Assembly: GCA_030295235.1 (NCBI GenBank)
Contig: AP026162.1
Location: forward strand, 682,001-746,000
DNA: 64,000 nt
Direction: 5' to 3'
Origin: Fistulifera solaris
Lineage: Eukaryota
Positions 49,744 to 62,269 of this stretch are shown here, piece by piece. Numbering within the stretch: the stretch's first letter is position 1; the number at the start of each line of letters is the position of its first letter. The translations under genes and the position numbers were made by a program. Under the pieces are notes generated by a model. It did not search any database. It saw only the letters and a list, made by a program, of their open reading frames with translations, and was not told the DNA's origin.

Positions 49744-52033
49744 GCTGGAAATAGAAATACGGAGTTCATAGAATTGAAAATGCAAAAATCATGATGTCAA
49801 TGCTCCGGGGTAATTTTTATTCTTGTCTCGTAAACCTTACAGCCTCCCGTACATTTATACCACTTCTACGTCTTTCTACGTCTCGCTATACCAATTTGGT
49901 ATGTTTTTCCAGAAATACTCGAAGTAGTTTCTGCGCTAATCTACTATTTTCCGGATAGTTCGGTGAGTATTTTTGGAAAAATATACCGCCAGGGTATAGC
50001 GGATGAAGAAATACCAGTGCCGTTTCGAAAAGTACCACTATGGCGTGAAATGTAGGAAATTCGTGGGAATTCTTCAATCACTAGTAATACGTCTGCCGCA
50101 TTTTCCTTGACGAGCACAAAAATGAGCCATCACCCATCACGAAGAAAGAAAACCATGAGAAAACCGACAAGTCGTCGCGGCAAGAACATCTACGCTAACA
50201 TAAAGTCGCCCTTCGTCGCGAAAGATCCCACTGCTTCGCACTATCGTGATTGTGATGCATCTATACGATCTGCAGTGAAGTGGCTTTCGTAGATTGTCGT
50301 AAGAATTCCGATCGCCGAACCTTTTGCTGAAAAAGATATTGAATGAGAAAAGGCTCCCCAAAAAGTTTTTGCTTCAGAGATATCACTTCCTAAAAATACG
50401 CAGCAAAGCAAAATGTTGTTAGTACAATGCGTTTAAGCAGTGTAAAACAGTTTCTACGTGACATGAGGCGTACTTTGATCGATCATCAGAACGAACGAAA
50501 CAATTAAAACAGATCTCACGCAGGCTCGTGGAACTTCAGAACCACAATTTTGTGTGCCTTCCAGTATTTAAACTCTTCTCGAGAAATCGTACGAAGGTGG
50601 CAGTCGGGCACTTTTCCTTACTCCAGACAGAGCTAAATGGTATTCTCGATAAAATCTTTTCAAAAGGAGGTGGTAACGTGTTTAGCATTCACTCACAGCG
50701 CTCTAGATGATCTTCTTTAGAATTTTTATTCTAGCTTAAGCATCTAACGACTGCCTTGTTTCAAGAATTTTCGGTGATGTAGTCGCTTTTCGTCATGACA
50801 TTTTATAAAAATTGGAGGTATAATTAAAGCGCACAAACGAGTTGAACGGTGGCCTTCAGACTTTAGATGTCGACATAGGCTTTGCCTTATCTTATGGAGT
50901 TACGATGCTATCGGCTTTTAGGGTCTAGCCTTTAAGAGAGCAGCCTAGACTAATGTTCATTCATCCTTATTATTTCTAGTGTGTAGGCATCGTTAGGGTT
51001 TCGGTTAAAAATCGTTTCGGTTGCAGTACAACAAAGTGCGTAGAAAATGCGTAGGAAATCCTATACCAACCGGCACTGCTTCTGGTATATTTTTCCTGCT
51101 CATTATACAGCCTCCCGTACATTTATACCACTTCTACGTCTTTCTACGTCTCGCTATACCAATTTGGTATGTTTTTCCAGAAATACTCGAAGTAGTTTCT
51201 GCGCTAATCTACTATTTTCCGGATAGTTCGGTATAGCGGATGAAGAAATACCAGTGCCGTTTCGAAAAGTACCACTATGGCGTGAAATGTAGGAAATTCG
51301 TGGGAATTCTTCAATCACTAGTAATACGTCTGCCGCATTTTCCTTGACGAGCACAAAAATGAGCCATCACCCATCACGAAGAAAGAAAACCATGAGAAAA
51401 CCGACAAGTCGTCGCGGCAAGAACATCTACGCTAACATAAAGTCGTCCTTCGTCGCGAAAGATCCCACTGCTTCGCACTATCGTGATTGTGATGCATCTA
51501 TACGATCTGCAGTGAAGTGGCTTTCGTGAGATTGTCGTAAGAATTCTGATCGCCGAACCTTTTGCTGAAAAAGATATTGAATGAGAAAAGGCTCCCCAAA
51601 AAGTTTTTGCTTCAGAGATATCACTTCCTAAAAATATCGCAGCAAAGCAAAATGTTGTTAGTACAATGCGTTTAAGCAGTGTAAAACAGTTTCTACGTGA
51701 CATGAAGTACTTTGATCGATCATCAGAACGAGCGAAACAATTAAAACAGATCTCGCGAGGCTCGTGGAACTTCAGAACCACAATTTTGTGTGCCTTCCAG
51801 TATTTAAACTCTTCTCGAGAAATCGTACGAAGGTGGCAGTCGGGCACTTTTCCTTACTCCAGACAGAGCTAAATGGTATTCTCGATAAAATCTTTTCAAA
51901 AGGAGGTGGTAACGTGTTTAGCATTCACTCACAGCTCTAGATGATCTTCTTTAGAATTTTTATTCTAGCTTAAGCATCTAACGACTGCCTTGTTTCAAGA
52001 ATTTTCGGTGATGTAGTCGCTTTTCGTCATGAC

Positions 52034-52789
52034 TGACAGAAATTCCGAGCGCACAGATAGCTCACGGAATTCGGAATGCGGAATAATCTCACGCAAAGAC
52101 GACAATCAACCAACTCAACACTCTTTGATGAGATGATCAACTGACAAACGAAAGCACTGATATCGCAAACACTCTTTGATTGCAATGATCAGCAAAGACA
52201 ACCACACAGTGCGCTTGTTGTTACTTACTCACTGTCTGCCTGCCTGGACTCAAAGGATGTAGATCGACTCGCAAGGTTTGTGACCTTGAGAATTTCACCA
52301 CAAAAAGAAGACTCAGTAAACTCGATAAATATGGGTTGATTTCTAATTCATTTTTATTTTGTGAGACCTATTCTAATAGAAAATGATTGCACACCTTTCT
52401 CCAATCTTCAGGAACTTGTGCTGAGGTGGCAAAGAAAACAAGTACTGGATTCCTGTAGAAAATGAACATAGCTCCGTAGGCTTCCGTAGGTTGGCTACGA
52501 CACGTAAGAAATGTACTGAAGGTCTACGTGACAGTCAGTCGTGGCAAGAGAAGAAACATGTCCACGTCTGCAAAATTGTCGACGTTGCACTCTCAACGGT
52601 ATCCAAACCTTGTAACTGCAACTTCAAATAACTCCCAATGGTATCCAAGTGACTCTATCTTCAAATAGACAGTCGAAGTCTAAATAGCAATACCGATGCG
52701 CCGTCTCTGTGTAGTATAAGTAGTAGACTACACAAATACTATGGAAAATCAGTCACTAACATGACTCAAACTTGCTAAGAAAATTGTCA
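52034..52789 (-). repeat. 3' LTR
   Basis: Nearly identical to 56623-57380 and adjacent to the polypurine tract. Confidence 0.95.
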
Positions 52790-52940
52790 CTCCCCGTCTT
52801 CTCGAAGGCACGGCGGCTGCAATAACTGACTCGCATTCTCGTTCGAAGGTCTTCCATTTTCTTCCTAAATCCTAATCACTAACACATGCATTTCTCTCTA
52901 AACAAATATCTCTCTAACCCAAAGTAGTACGTAGTACTCT

Positions 52941-53290
52941 TCAGTTCTTCAGTTCTGCGGTGTCTCCAGTCCAGAAAAGTATCGCCTTCAAACGATCCCA
53001 TATCTGCGAATAACCCCAATGTTTGCTGAGAATATCAGCTGGGTTCATCTCCCCGGGAATATGCAAGAATGCAACCATTCCTGACGCAATAGCCTCGCGT
53101 ACAGGTCTCTTGTGTAGCTTTAAGTGTACCATGGTAGCACTGTTGACGACAGACTCATTATCCCCAAACATGTAGGCCTTCTCGCGAATCGGTACCCCTA
53201 AATATCGCAGTGTATTGCGGAGATCGATGATCTGCTCAACGCACGTTCGCTGCAATAAATTCGGAACCATAAGTAACAGTCTGTACTTGA
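52941..53290 (-). pseudogene. Copia RNase H remnant
   Basis: TYGSEFIAA / CVEQIIDLRNTLRYLGVPI...GDNESVV...NPADILSKHW. Confidence 0.88.
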
Positions 53291-53759
53291 GGACTGACAG
53301 CGTCGGGAGGACTGATATCAGCAATAGCATCAGGATCCACTTCAAGGGCGGATGTACAAGATTGTACAACTGGAGTGGACAAATGCGAGCACTCCCCGTC
53401 AGTCAGAGCGGCGCGCAAAGTAGGGTCATCCGAGGGTGTAGGGAGGGACCTGGGAGCTGAAAAATTACTTGCTGAGGATCCGAAGTAAGTATTGCCCAGG
53501 ACAGGGTGGGGCAAACATGCTCAGAAATATTGACACTGTAACCCATGGCTTCCGTGGACTCAGAAGGAAAACCATAACTGCCACATATATAAGGTACTCT
53601 CTGAATATAGTAGACTTGGAGAAAGATACTGACATCATTGTTGATCCAGCCAAAATAAAGACGTAACCGCAAGAAATCGGGAAGTACATTTGGGCACAGT
53701 GCGTGAAGTGACCAAAAGAACAGGAGGAGGTTTGGCAGGAGGTAATTCAGTAGGAACAA

Positions 53760-55622
53760 TATCGGCGACAGTACCATTTTCGAGGCCGGTCATTTGATGG
53801 TTTTCAATGCCTTGAATGCCAATGTGACAATGCCAAAAAACCTTGTCAATGAACGTGACGTCATAACCGGCGACTCTTCCCTTTTCACCACGATCGACCA
53901 AAGAAGCAAGTGAGGATGACGTATGTCCAATTGAGACACAATACGTGATAAGCACGTTTGCACTCAGTGTCCGATTGGCACTAGTCAGCGGGAGCTTGCC
54001 GAAAGAATACGTCGAATATCGCGAGGGGTCAAGGTGCAAGTTGTTGGATTGTGCAGCATTGACCAAAAGTGTTGAATCGGCTTCTTGGGAAGGATCAATG
54101 TCTTGTGGTGCATCGTGGAACTCATCACTAGGGACCGTAGGTTCAGGATCAGGATCGGGCTCGGGAGGAAGAGACTCATGGAAGTGCACACTCGCGACTC
54201 GGCGAATGGGGACCATGATGACTGCCAGAACCAGTATAGTTGGGGTTAGACGACAGGCCCAAAATAATGGCTTTATCCTTATCAGAGATAGTGTCCCAAA
54301 TCGTACGTGCGTTGTCGCTCAGTTGCATCCAGCGTTCACGAGCCATACAGCGGTCCAGTAGTGCGTGTAGTCGAAGAAATACCGGGTGGACGATTGCGTG
54401 CAGGACGACGGGCAGCAGCGTTGATGTACAGCTCAGACACAGAAGAATCGATGTCGTACTCGTAACCAGCGTCGTCATCGTCATACGGGTCATCCTGAAC
54501 AACGTCATGGTACAGAACCTTACGGGCGTGGTCTCGCAGAAAACTGTGCATCGTGAACGGGAACTTTGGGGCGAGGGAGAAGAGTACAGTACTGCTCGAA
54601 GGTAGCGTCTTTTCCCGTTTTCGCGGTGTCAATGTCAATGGTACTCTTGACTTGTCGTAGATCAGAAATGCCGTTAACCGCGTTTTCAAGTAATGCACGT
54701 TTCTGTTTATCGGAAATGACTTCGCCGGAAATCTGTTCATAGCGTCGTACTTGATCTTGCCAGTTCAGGATGAACGCATTGGTAGTACCGTTCCATGTAC
54801 CGTCACCAAGTTTGGCCGAAGTGATGCAATAGAGTATGCTGGAAGATTCCATTTGCGCGTTAGTAGACTGTAGGTGATGGCGCTTCAACTCAGCATAAAC
54901 GCGTTGTGCATCGTAGGTAGACTTCGTACTTCGCGAACAATGGCCTTGCCTTGGTCAGTAAGGACAGTAGCTTCAAGGACTGCGTACATGTACTTCTGCT
55001 TTTCGTCGAAGAGTTCCTTCTCATCGTCAGTAGTAGGCACGTACTGATCATCAAGTACGTCACTGACACTTTGGTATGAAGCTTGAGTCACGAATGACCG
55101 ATGCCAAGAGTCATTGTAACTTTCATTCTTGAGTGTAGGAAAGAGTGAAAGATCGCTTGATGCCACGGCAGAAGGCATCTGCAGGGGACATAGGGGTTTT
55201 CGGACTGCCGGTATACACAGGAGGACGTGGTGTATGGGCAGGAGAGTATCCGCTCGTGAACCAATAATGTCTCCCCGTACACAGAAGGAATCGAACTCTT
55301 CAGCAGTAATCGGCGTCCAATCATCATTGATAGGGTTACCCTGATGATAACGGTCGGCAATGTACTTGAAAAACATCTTGAGCATGTCCCTATCAGCTTG
55401 CGGTACTGGAACTGTGACTGGAGTACTATCATCGGCACCGTCGGGTTTTTCGTCGTAGGTAAGGGAGTCGATAACAGCATAGTCGATACAGAGCAGTTTG
55501 GGAAGCGTAGTGTAGCCACGAGAAACAAGGGACAGTTTAAGGCCCGGAGAATTGGCACAGTCCAAAAGTACATCGAGGACGTGATCGAAGGCAATACGTC
55601 CTTGGGATCGTGGGAGAACCAT
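53760..55622 (-). pseudogene. Copia gag-protease remnants
   Basis: FPTLKNESYNDSWHRSF, LFDEKQKYMYAVL, WNGTTNAFILNWQDQVRRYE, SLVDRG. Frameshifted. Confidence 0.75.
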
Positions 55623-56603
55623 CTTAGAACTTGAAAGCTTGACCTTGAACCTTGAGTGTACTACTACTTAAAAGGGTCAGAGATGGCGGTGAACTGTATG
55701 ACACCGGAAAATCCAATCTCCTATCCAGGAGTAGCGACCCTGGCGTCGAGGGAAGACCTCCCGAACTTGAGCCGTAATCAGCGACAGTGAGGACCAAGTA
55801 CCCTTCCCTTTGCACTCGGTGTACTCCTCAACAGCCCCCTTATACCTTCAGCGGGTTGGTTCAGGCAAGGTAGGTGATCGCCTGCCAAGCACGTGTCCCG
55901 GTCGCCTTACAGCAGAGTGTTGGAATGCGGATGTACCAAGGAACAAAGGCCCCAGTAGATTAGATACCGCCCAACCAGAATCCGAACAACAGAAAGATAA
56001 GAGAACCTGCAATAGGAACCTTACTCCCTGTCTTCAAGCCCACTGTTAATTCTTAGCACTATGTGTACCCAGTACTGCGACCTCACAGAACGGAAAATCC
56101 AAATTACTAAGCCCCAAGCCGCCCATAGGCGCCCCTACACAGCGGGCCAATTGGAACGATCGCGCAAGCGCTGAGCCGGTATACAGGTACTCCCGAGCAG
56201 TAGCTTGGCTACTCGTTGAGCGGGTACAGTTTTTTTTTTTTAGTGCTTTGGTGAACAACAGAAGATTGATAGGACTTGTCGGACGCACCACTCCTGTAAA
56301 GCGGGTCACTGCTTGGACTGGAACCTCAAGGATTCCTAGCCGAACGGACAGGTAGTCGGCTGACAGACAGACAAACAGACGAGCGGACAGCCGGGCAGAC
56401 GGTAGGCTGACAGACAGGTCGGTAGGCAGACGGCAGACAGACAGCGAGCGACTCACGAGCGAGACAAGACTCACAAGTCGAACAACGACGGACGTCAAGC
56501 AGACACTGGCGACTCGCGAGTGAAACAAGACTCACAAGTCAAACAACCTCACGAGCTTCACAACAGCCCACGTGAAACAGCCAACGAGCCAAACACAATC
56601 CAG

Positions 56604-56622
56604 AGGCTTGCGACTGTTAATC
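56604..56622 (-). promoter_or_regulatory. Primer-binding site complementary to the tRNA-Asn anticodon arm
   Basis: Plus strand AGGCTTGCGACTGTTAATC abuts the 5' LTR and contains an anticodon loop CT-GTT-AA. No TGG-type PBS is present. Confidence 0.7.
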
Positions 56623-57380
56623 TGACAGAAATTCCGAGCGCACAGATAGCTCACGGAATTCGAATGCGGAATAATCTCACGCGCAAAGGCGACAATCAAC
56701 CAACTCAACACTCTTTGATGAGATGATCAACTGTCAAACGAAAGCACTGATATCGCAAACACTCTTTGATTGCAATGATCAGCAAAGACAACCACACAGT
56801 GCGCTTGTTGTTACTTACTCACTGTCTGCCTGCCTGGACTCCAAAGGATGTAGATCGACTCGCAAGGTTTGTGACCTTGAGAATTTCACCACAAAAAGAA
56901 GACTCAGTAAACTCGATAAATATGGGTTGATTTCTAATTCATTTTTATTTTGTGAGACCTATTCTAATAGAAAATGATTGCACACCTTTCTCCAATCTTC
57001 AGGAACTTGTGCTGAGGTGGCAAAGAAAACAAGTACTGGATTCCTGTAGAAAATGAACATAGCTCCGTAGGCTTCCGTAGGTTGGCTACGACACGTAAGA
57101 AATGTACTGAAGGTCTACGTGACAGTCAGTCGTGGCAAGAGAAGAAACATGTCCACGTCTGCAAAATTGTCGACGTTGCACTCTCAACGGTATCCAAACC
57201 TTGTAACTGCAACTTCAAATAACTCCCAATGGTATCCAAGTGACTCTATCTTCAAATAGACAGTCGAAGTCTAAATAGCAATACCGATGCGCCGTCTCTG
57301 TGTAGTATAAGTAGTAGACTACACAAATACTATGGAAAATCAGTCACTAACATGACTCAAACTTGCTAAGAAAATTGTCA
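56623..57380 (-). repeat. 5' LTR
   Basis: TGACAG...TTGTCA, nearly identical to 52034-52789. Confidence 0.95.
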
Positions 57381-57922
57381 ATGACATTTTATAAAAATTG
57401 GAGGTATAATTAAAGCGCACAAACGAGTTGAACGGTGGCCTTCAGACTTTAGATGTCGACATAGGCTTTGCCTTATCTTATGGAGTTACGATGCTATCGG
57501 CTTTTAGGGTCTAGCCTTTAAGAGACGACGCCTAGACTAATGTTCATTCATCCTTATTATTTCTAGTGTGTAGGCATCGTTAGGGTTTCGGTTAAAAATC
57601 GTTTCGGTTGCAGTACAACAAAGTGCGTAGAAAATGCGTAGGAAATCCTATACCAACCGGCACTGCTTCTGGTATATTTTTCCTGCTCATTATACAGTAC
57701 GTCCTTTGTCGAGGCATTCTCAAGTACAGTAGGTTATGGGCGATTTTTTAGACAAAAAAATCGACGCTTTTGAAAGAAAGAATCAAGAGGAAATAAAAAT
57801 ATATATTTCCTCTTCAAGAAGGGGAGAACACATCATGGAAGAAAATAAAGAGTATTCTATAAAGTTACTGTTTCTTCTCGCGCTTTCAATCAAACTCAGT
57901 GCTCTGGTACAATGGAGCTCTC

Positions 57923-58240
57923 TCAAAGCTCGAGCAGCGGGAGAAGAAGATTCGTTGGGATAGGTGACGGTAGATCATGACGAAACTCTCGAGTGGGACG
58001 GGGCGCTGGGGGGCACACGAGGACTTGCTTCTTATGTTAAATGGGAGTGCATGGTTCAAATTCTTTTCGCTCGCGTTTTCGGTAAGGGCGATGAACTTCG
58101 AGCCTCACTTTCGATTCATCGATAGGAATATCCGATTGGTTGCTTTTATTTAGTGGGACCAAGACATTGTAAAACTGAGATGATTCTTGAGGTCGCAAAC
58201 GCACGGGAGAATTGCGCGCGATGGCGGTTGCCTTGCACAT
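57923..58240 (-). pseudogene. Paralogue of the small protein at 61439, with a nonsense codon
   Basis: PCTPI*HKKQVLVCPPAPRPTREFRHDLPSPIPTNLLLPLLEL. TAA at 58037-58039 where the paralogue has CAA. Confidence 0.55.
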
Positions 58241-61200
58241 GATTGTATGACGACCGTGAAAAATTCTTCTCTTAAACATTTCCGGATCGTGTTGATGATG
58301 ATAGTAGATATTATGAACCAACTGTTGGTCGTGGATAGGACGCTTTTGACAAGCGACAGAGTTGTTCGCATTTTTCTGTTCGAGTTTGTGTTTTGTGACT
58401 TCAAAAGGATTCGAATGCCGGCATGCACGCGAAGCCGCCAAAATCGTACTTTAAATACCACAGTTTGTTAGACAGATGAGGACAGCCGACGGGCAATATT
58501 TCTTTAAAAAGAACAAGAAAATGAAAATTGAGCGTCATTGATCTCGTTGGTGCAGTCAGTGTGTAGCATTGCGGTTTTTAAGCCAGTTACTGGGCGCTGT
58601 CAGAAGCCGAAAGGCCGCCCTCGAAAGTCTGCAATAACCATTGCTGCCAACGCGGCCACGTCCTGCGGAAAAAGCTCGCTCTCTCAAGAGCGTTAGTTAA
58701 GATGATTGCGTGATGGGCGTCACGATAAACAAATCTGCTTGTTCAAACGATATCGAAGGAAAGGATGATGATGAAGATTGTCAATGGGGCCGTTGTGTCT
58801 GCAGTTTTGAAATGCATGCTGACGTCGACTATTGACGAAATAGTAGTAGAATTACGAGTCACGGTCTCGATTTTGGTCACGAGTCTGAAAGAGGGTGCAG
58901 TCTGTCCGTGCGTCCTGAGGGACATTTTCGATACACGCTCCGACATGTCACATTCGAGAAGTACCGCTCCGAGAACAAGGCTACTTAATAAACGTACACA
59001 TCCCTGACTTGTGCTTTCATGAGCTAGTGTGGCAAACCGTGAAATTTTGCTCCAAAATGCAAGGGGGTTGCCCATGATTTTCGCCCATTCTTTTGCACCG
59101 GCCCCTTCAATATCGATCGCAACAATCAATTTTGGGACGTAAATTCTATCATCTCATTATCATTTCTTTGACGACTAGTATCACTCTTGCTCATAAAAAC
59201 GATATGACGACGAAAGTGACGCGAAGAGCGTTCATTTACCGCTTTAATATTGCATAATTTGACACTCTTACTTTCAATTCGAGTCGACCGAGGCCTGCGA
59301 AAGTGATCAAGATTGCATAAAACAAAGTCGATATGCACCCCCAATCAACCTCCTCTGATTCTTGACTAATACACGAGTGATTTCCGTCATCGACGTCCAA
59401 GTTATTCTTTGATAGATAAATATCGTGAACGAAGAACTCGTCATTGTCGTTTGTTCGAAACATGAAGGTGTCAAACCGCTCCCCGGAATTCACTGCTAAA
59501 CGACGCAGACATCCTCTATTTCATTATTTCGATCTCTCATTGGTCCAGCCGTCACGGATTCTTGTTCACATTGGCGTCATCAGGGTGTTCTGGAGCGGCG
59601 AGGGCCTTCCCTTTCGCCAGCCTTTGTGACGAGTCCGCTTTTTTATATGATTTACACCCACGCGCTGGAAATACATGGTGCCCGACGAAACATGATACAG
59701 ACAACCTCATTCAAATCCATTACCATACTACTATCGGACGTGTTGAGTGCCTACTGTCACCACATTTCGACAAATGTATCGGGGTATTCCACTGGTCAAA
59801 TTCAATACAGCTCCTCTCTTCGTGTTTTGGGAAGCCTACGTCCAATTTTTGACGTCGCAAAATGGTCTTTCATGGCTTCAATATAAGATCCATCTCAGTC
59901 CGAACATCTTTTGGTCCCATTGCGGGTCTCACCACTTTGACCAGTGCCCTTTCGGGATTTCTTGTCACGCCCGTGTTGCAACAAGTGTTGGCTTGTCGGG
60001 AGCACTCATGGGTACGGCGGTCACTCTCATCATCAGTTTGCAACTTTCGTCACTGGCTTATGATGTGGCAAGAAAATACGGCTTCGAACTGAAAGATACG
60101 ATCGATACATCGCAACTTAAAGCAAAGGCACTGTCCAGTACTCACGAGTCAGGCCATGGCGACAACACTAAATTAACAGCTTCGTGGCCGCCCTGAGGAA
60201 TGACATGCCGCATAACACGAAGCGTGCTGAATAGGTTGGTGTGTTCTTTTTCGCAATCAACTTACTCCCGATGGTCATACAGTTCGGTGCGTTTCTATCT
60301 TTGATTCAATCAACTGATGCACGTGATCTCTGGCAAGCCATGCTCGTTCTGATGTCCTCGTTCACTTAGTTCCAAGTAACGCAGAAAAAGCTCTCTCTAG
60401 CGATTGTCAGTGTGCTTTTCTTAGGATGAAAGTGACAAAATATTCGGTACGAAGGTTGTTGGATGAAATGCTATCTGTCTCGCTGGTTGTTGAAGTCGGA
60501 TTTCTAGGCAAGGAACTGGTCGGCGTCTTTGGCTACCGATCCGGGAAACAGTCGAACATGATTCCGCCCCCACACTCATTGAAACAATATTACGTCGCTC
60601 ACTTCATGGTTTGACACGCATCATGCGGGATCCATTTCCGTTGGACACAACTTTTAAATCTATCATGAATAATGACCAACGCGGTGCAGCTTCCCTGTAG
60701 AAACAATTCTTGGTCGCATCATTCCACCATTGCCCTTCCTTTCCTCAATGAAAGTGTTGACATTTCGAATACACCGTGATCATCCTCAACTTTCACATGT
60801 TACACACTCATAGATCTTTGGCCGGCAAGCAAAGCGACAAACGCACACTTGTAAGCGTGGCACGGCAGAGTAAGATTTATACGCTATTTCAATATCCACG
60901 GTAAAAATTGTTATCAACTTTCACTGATTAATGATTTCATAAATCGAAATGAAGCTTAATTCAACTATAACTTGCACTATCAGCATAGAGTGATGACGAC
61001 CAGCGAGAGCGGAGAGGGTGGGGGGAAATAACAGTTGGCATTTCGCCATAAGTACCAATTGAATTTGTTCACAAGACGCGACTCAATTGGACGAGTAATC
61101 ATCACCTGCAGAACAATGTGTCAATCTTTTAGTCTTGGATCGTCTCCGAAAAAGCACGTAGCTCTCTACGTAGACAAGTCGCAGTTAAAAAAGAAAAAAG

Positions 61201-61438
61201 ATGGCACGTGACATTTTGTTGCTCTCATGTCCATGCAAACATAGTCAGTTTGCAGAGTAGCTATTGACAGCACTCTTTCGTCATGCTCGAAAGAAGGTTG
61301 TACTCGATAACGATTACACAGTAAGAGAAGGCGAGAACACATTATGGAAGAAAATGAAGAGTTTTCTATAGTTACTGTTTCTTCTCGCGCCTTCAATTAC
61401 AGTAATCAAACTCAGTGCTCTGGTACAATGGAGCTCTC

Positions 61439-61756
61439 TCAAAGCTCGAGCAGCGGGAGAAGAAGATTCGTTGGGATAGGTGACGGTAGATCATGACAAA
61501 ATTCTCGTGTGGGACGAGGCGCTGGTGGGCAGATGAGGACGCGTTTTTTATTTTGAATGGGAGTACATGGTTCAAAGTCTTTGCGCTCGCGTTTTCGGTA
61601 AGGACGATGAACTTCAAGCGTCACCTTCGTCTCCTCGACAGGAATTTCCAAATGATTGCTTTTATTTGGTGGGACCGAGACTTTGTGCAGCTGGGATAAT
61701 TCACGTGGTCGCAAACGCACGGGAGAGTTGCGCTCAATGTTGGTTGCCTTGCACAT
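61439..61756 (-). CDS. Small unknown protein (about 105 aa) with CTP and CPPAPRP motifs
   Basis: MCKATNIERNSPVRLRP...PCTPIQNKKRVLICPPAPRP...LLLPLLEL. Reading frame is conserved with the copy at about 58 kb. Confidence 0.55.
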   Translation of the reverse strand: MCKATNIERNSPVRLRPRELSQLHKVSVPPNKSNHLEIPVEETKVTLEVHRPYRKRERKDFEPCTPIQNKKRVLICPPAPRPTREFCHDLPSPIPTNLLLPLLEL

Positions 61757-62269
61757 GATTGTATGACGAACGTAGAAGACTGTCAAACACTTCCGGATCG
61801 GTAACAGACGGGAAGACGGAGTTAATTTTGTGTTAGTGATGATATTATGGACGAAATGTTGGCCGTGGAAAGGACGCTTTTTCGACGAGCGACAGGATTG
61901 TTCGCATTTTTCTGTTCGAGTTCGTGTTTTGTGACCAGAAAAAGGATTCGGATGCCGGCATGCGCGCAGAGCCGCCAAAATCGTACTCTAAAACTCTAAC
62001 TCTACCACATTTTGTTGGTCAAATGAGAACAGCCGGCGGGCGATTTATTTAACGGCTTCGTTTCTAGTATCGTATAACGTGTAGTCACTGAGTAGCGGAC
62101 AGCGGACGCACCTTCCGTTGTAATTCAAAATATAAATCCGGGTTTTTTACTTCATGTTCGATGGCCGCCTTTCATCTTCGTCAACATTCATAGATATTCA
62201 TTCTTCGCCACACTTGAGGTCGACATAAATGAATAAGATTAATCTCTATTGCTGTTAATAGTTCCCAGT

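Larger units (their letters stand above)
52034..57380 (-). mobile_element. Ty1/Copia LTR retrotransposon, internally deleted
   Basis: TG...CA LTRs of about 757 bp. 5-bp TSD ATGAC with the empty site visible in copy 1. gag fragments, protease-like SLVDRG and RNase H YGSEFIAA...MFGDNESVV...NPADILSK. PPT aagacggggag. No IN or RT core seen. Confidence 0.95.
49838..57697. mobile_element. Head-to-tail dimer of an unclassified ~1.27-kb element (copy 1 49843-51110; copy 2 51111-57697, interrupted by Copia)
   Basis: Near-identical direct copies bounded by TACAG at 49838, 51106 and 57693. Subterminal inverted repeats and hairpins. Confidence 0.75.

Noticed and set aside
49963..49992. GT...AG segment missing in copy 2 as precise intron loss
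   Set aside because: It is only 30 nt, and the deletion is 31 nt with GGT microhomology, so hairpin-arm deletion fits better
50107..51872. Short ORFs in the 1.27-kb repeat as a transposase or recombinase
   Set aside because: No recognisable catalytic motif, and in-frame stops are shared by both copies
56330..56570. cagac/ggac-rich repeats as an independent element or gene
   Set aside because: They lie within the Copia 5' leader between PBS and gag, as low-complexity leader repeats
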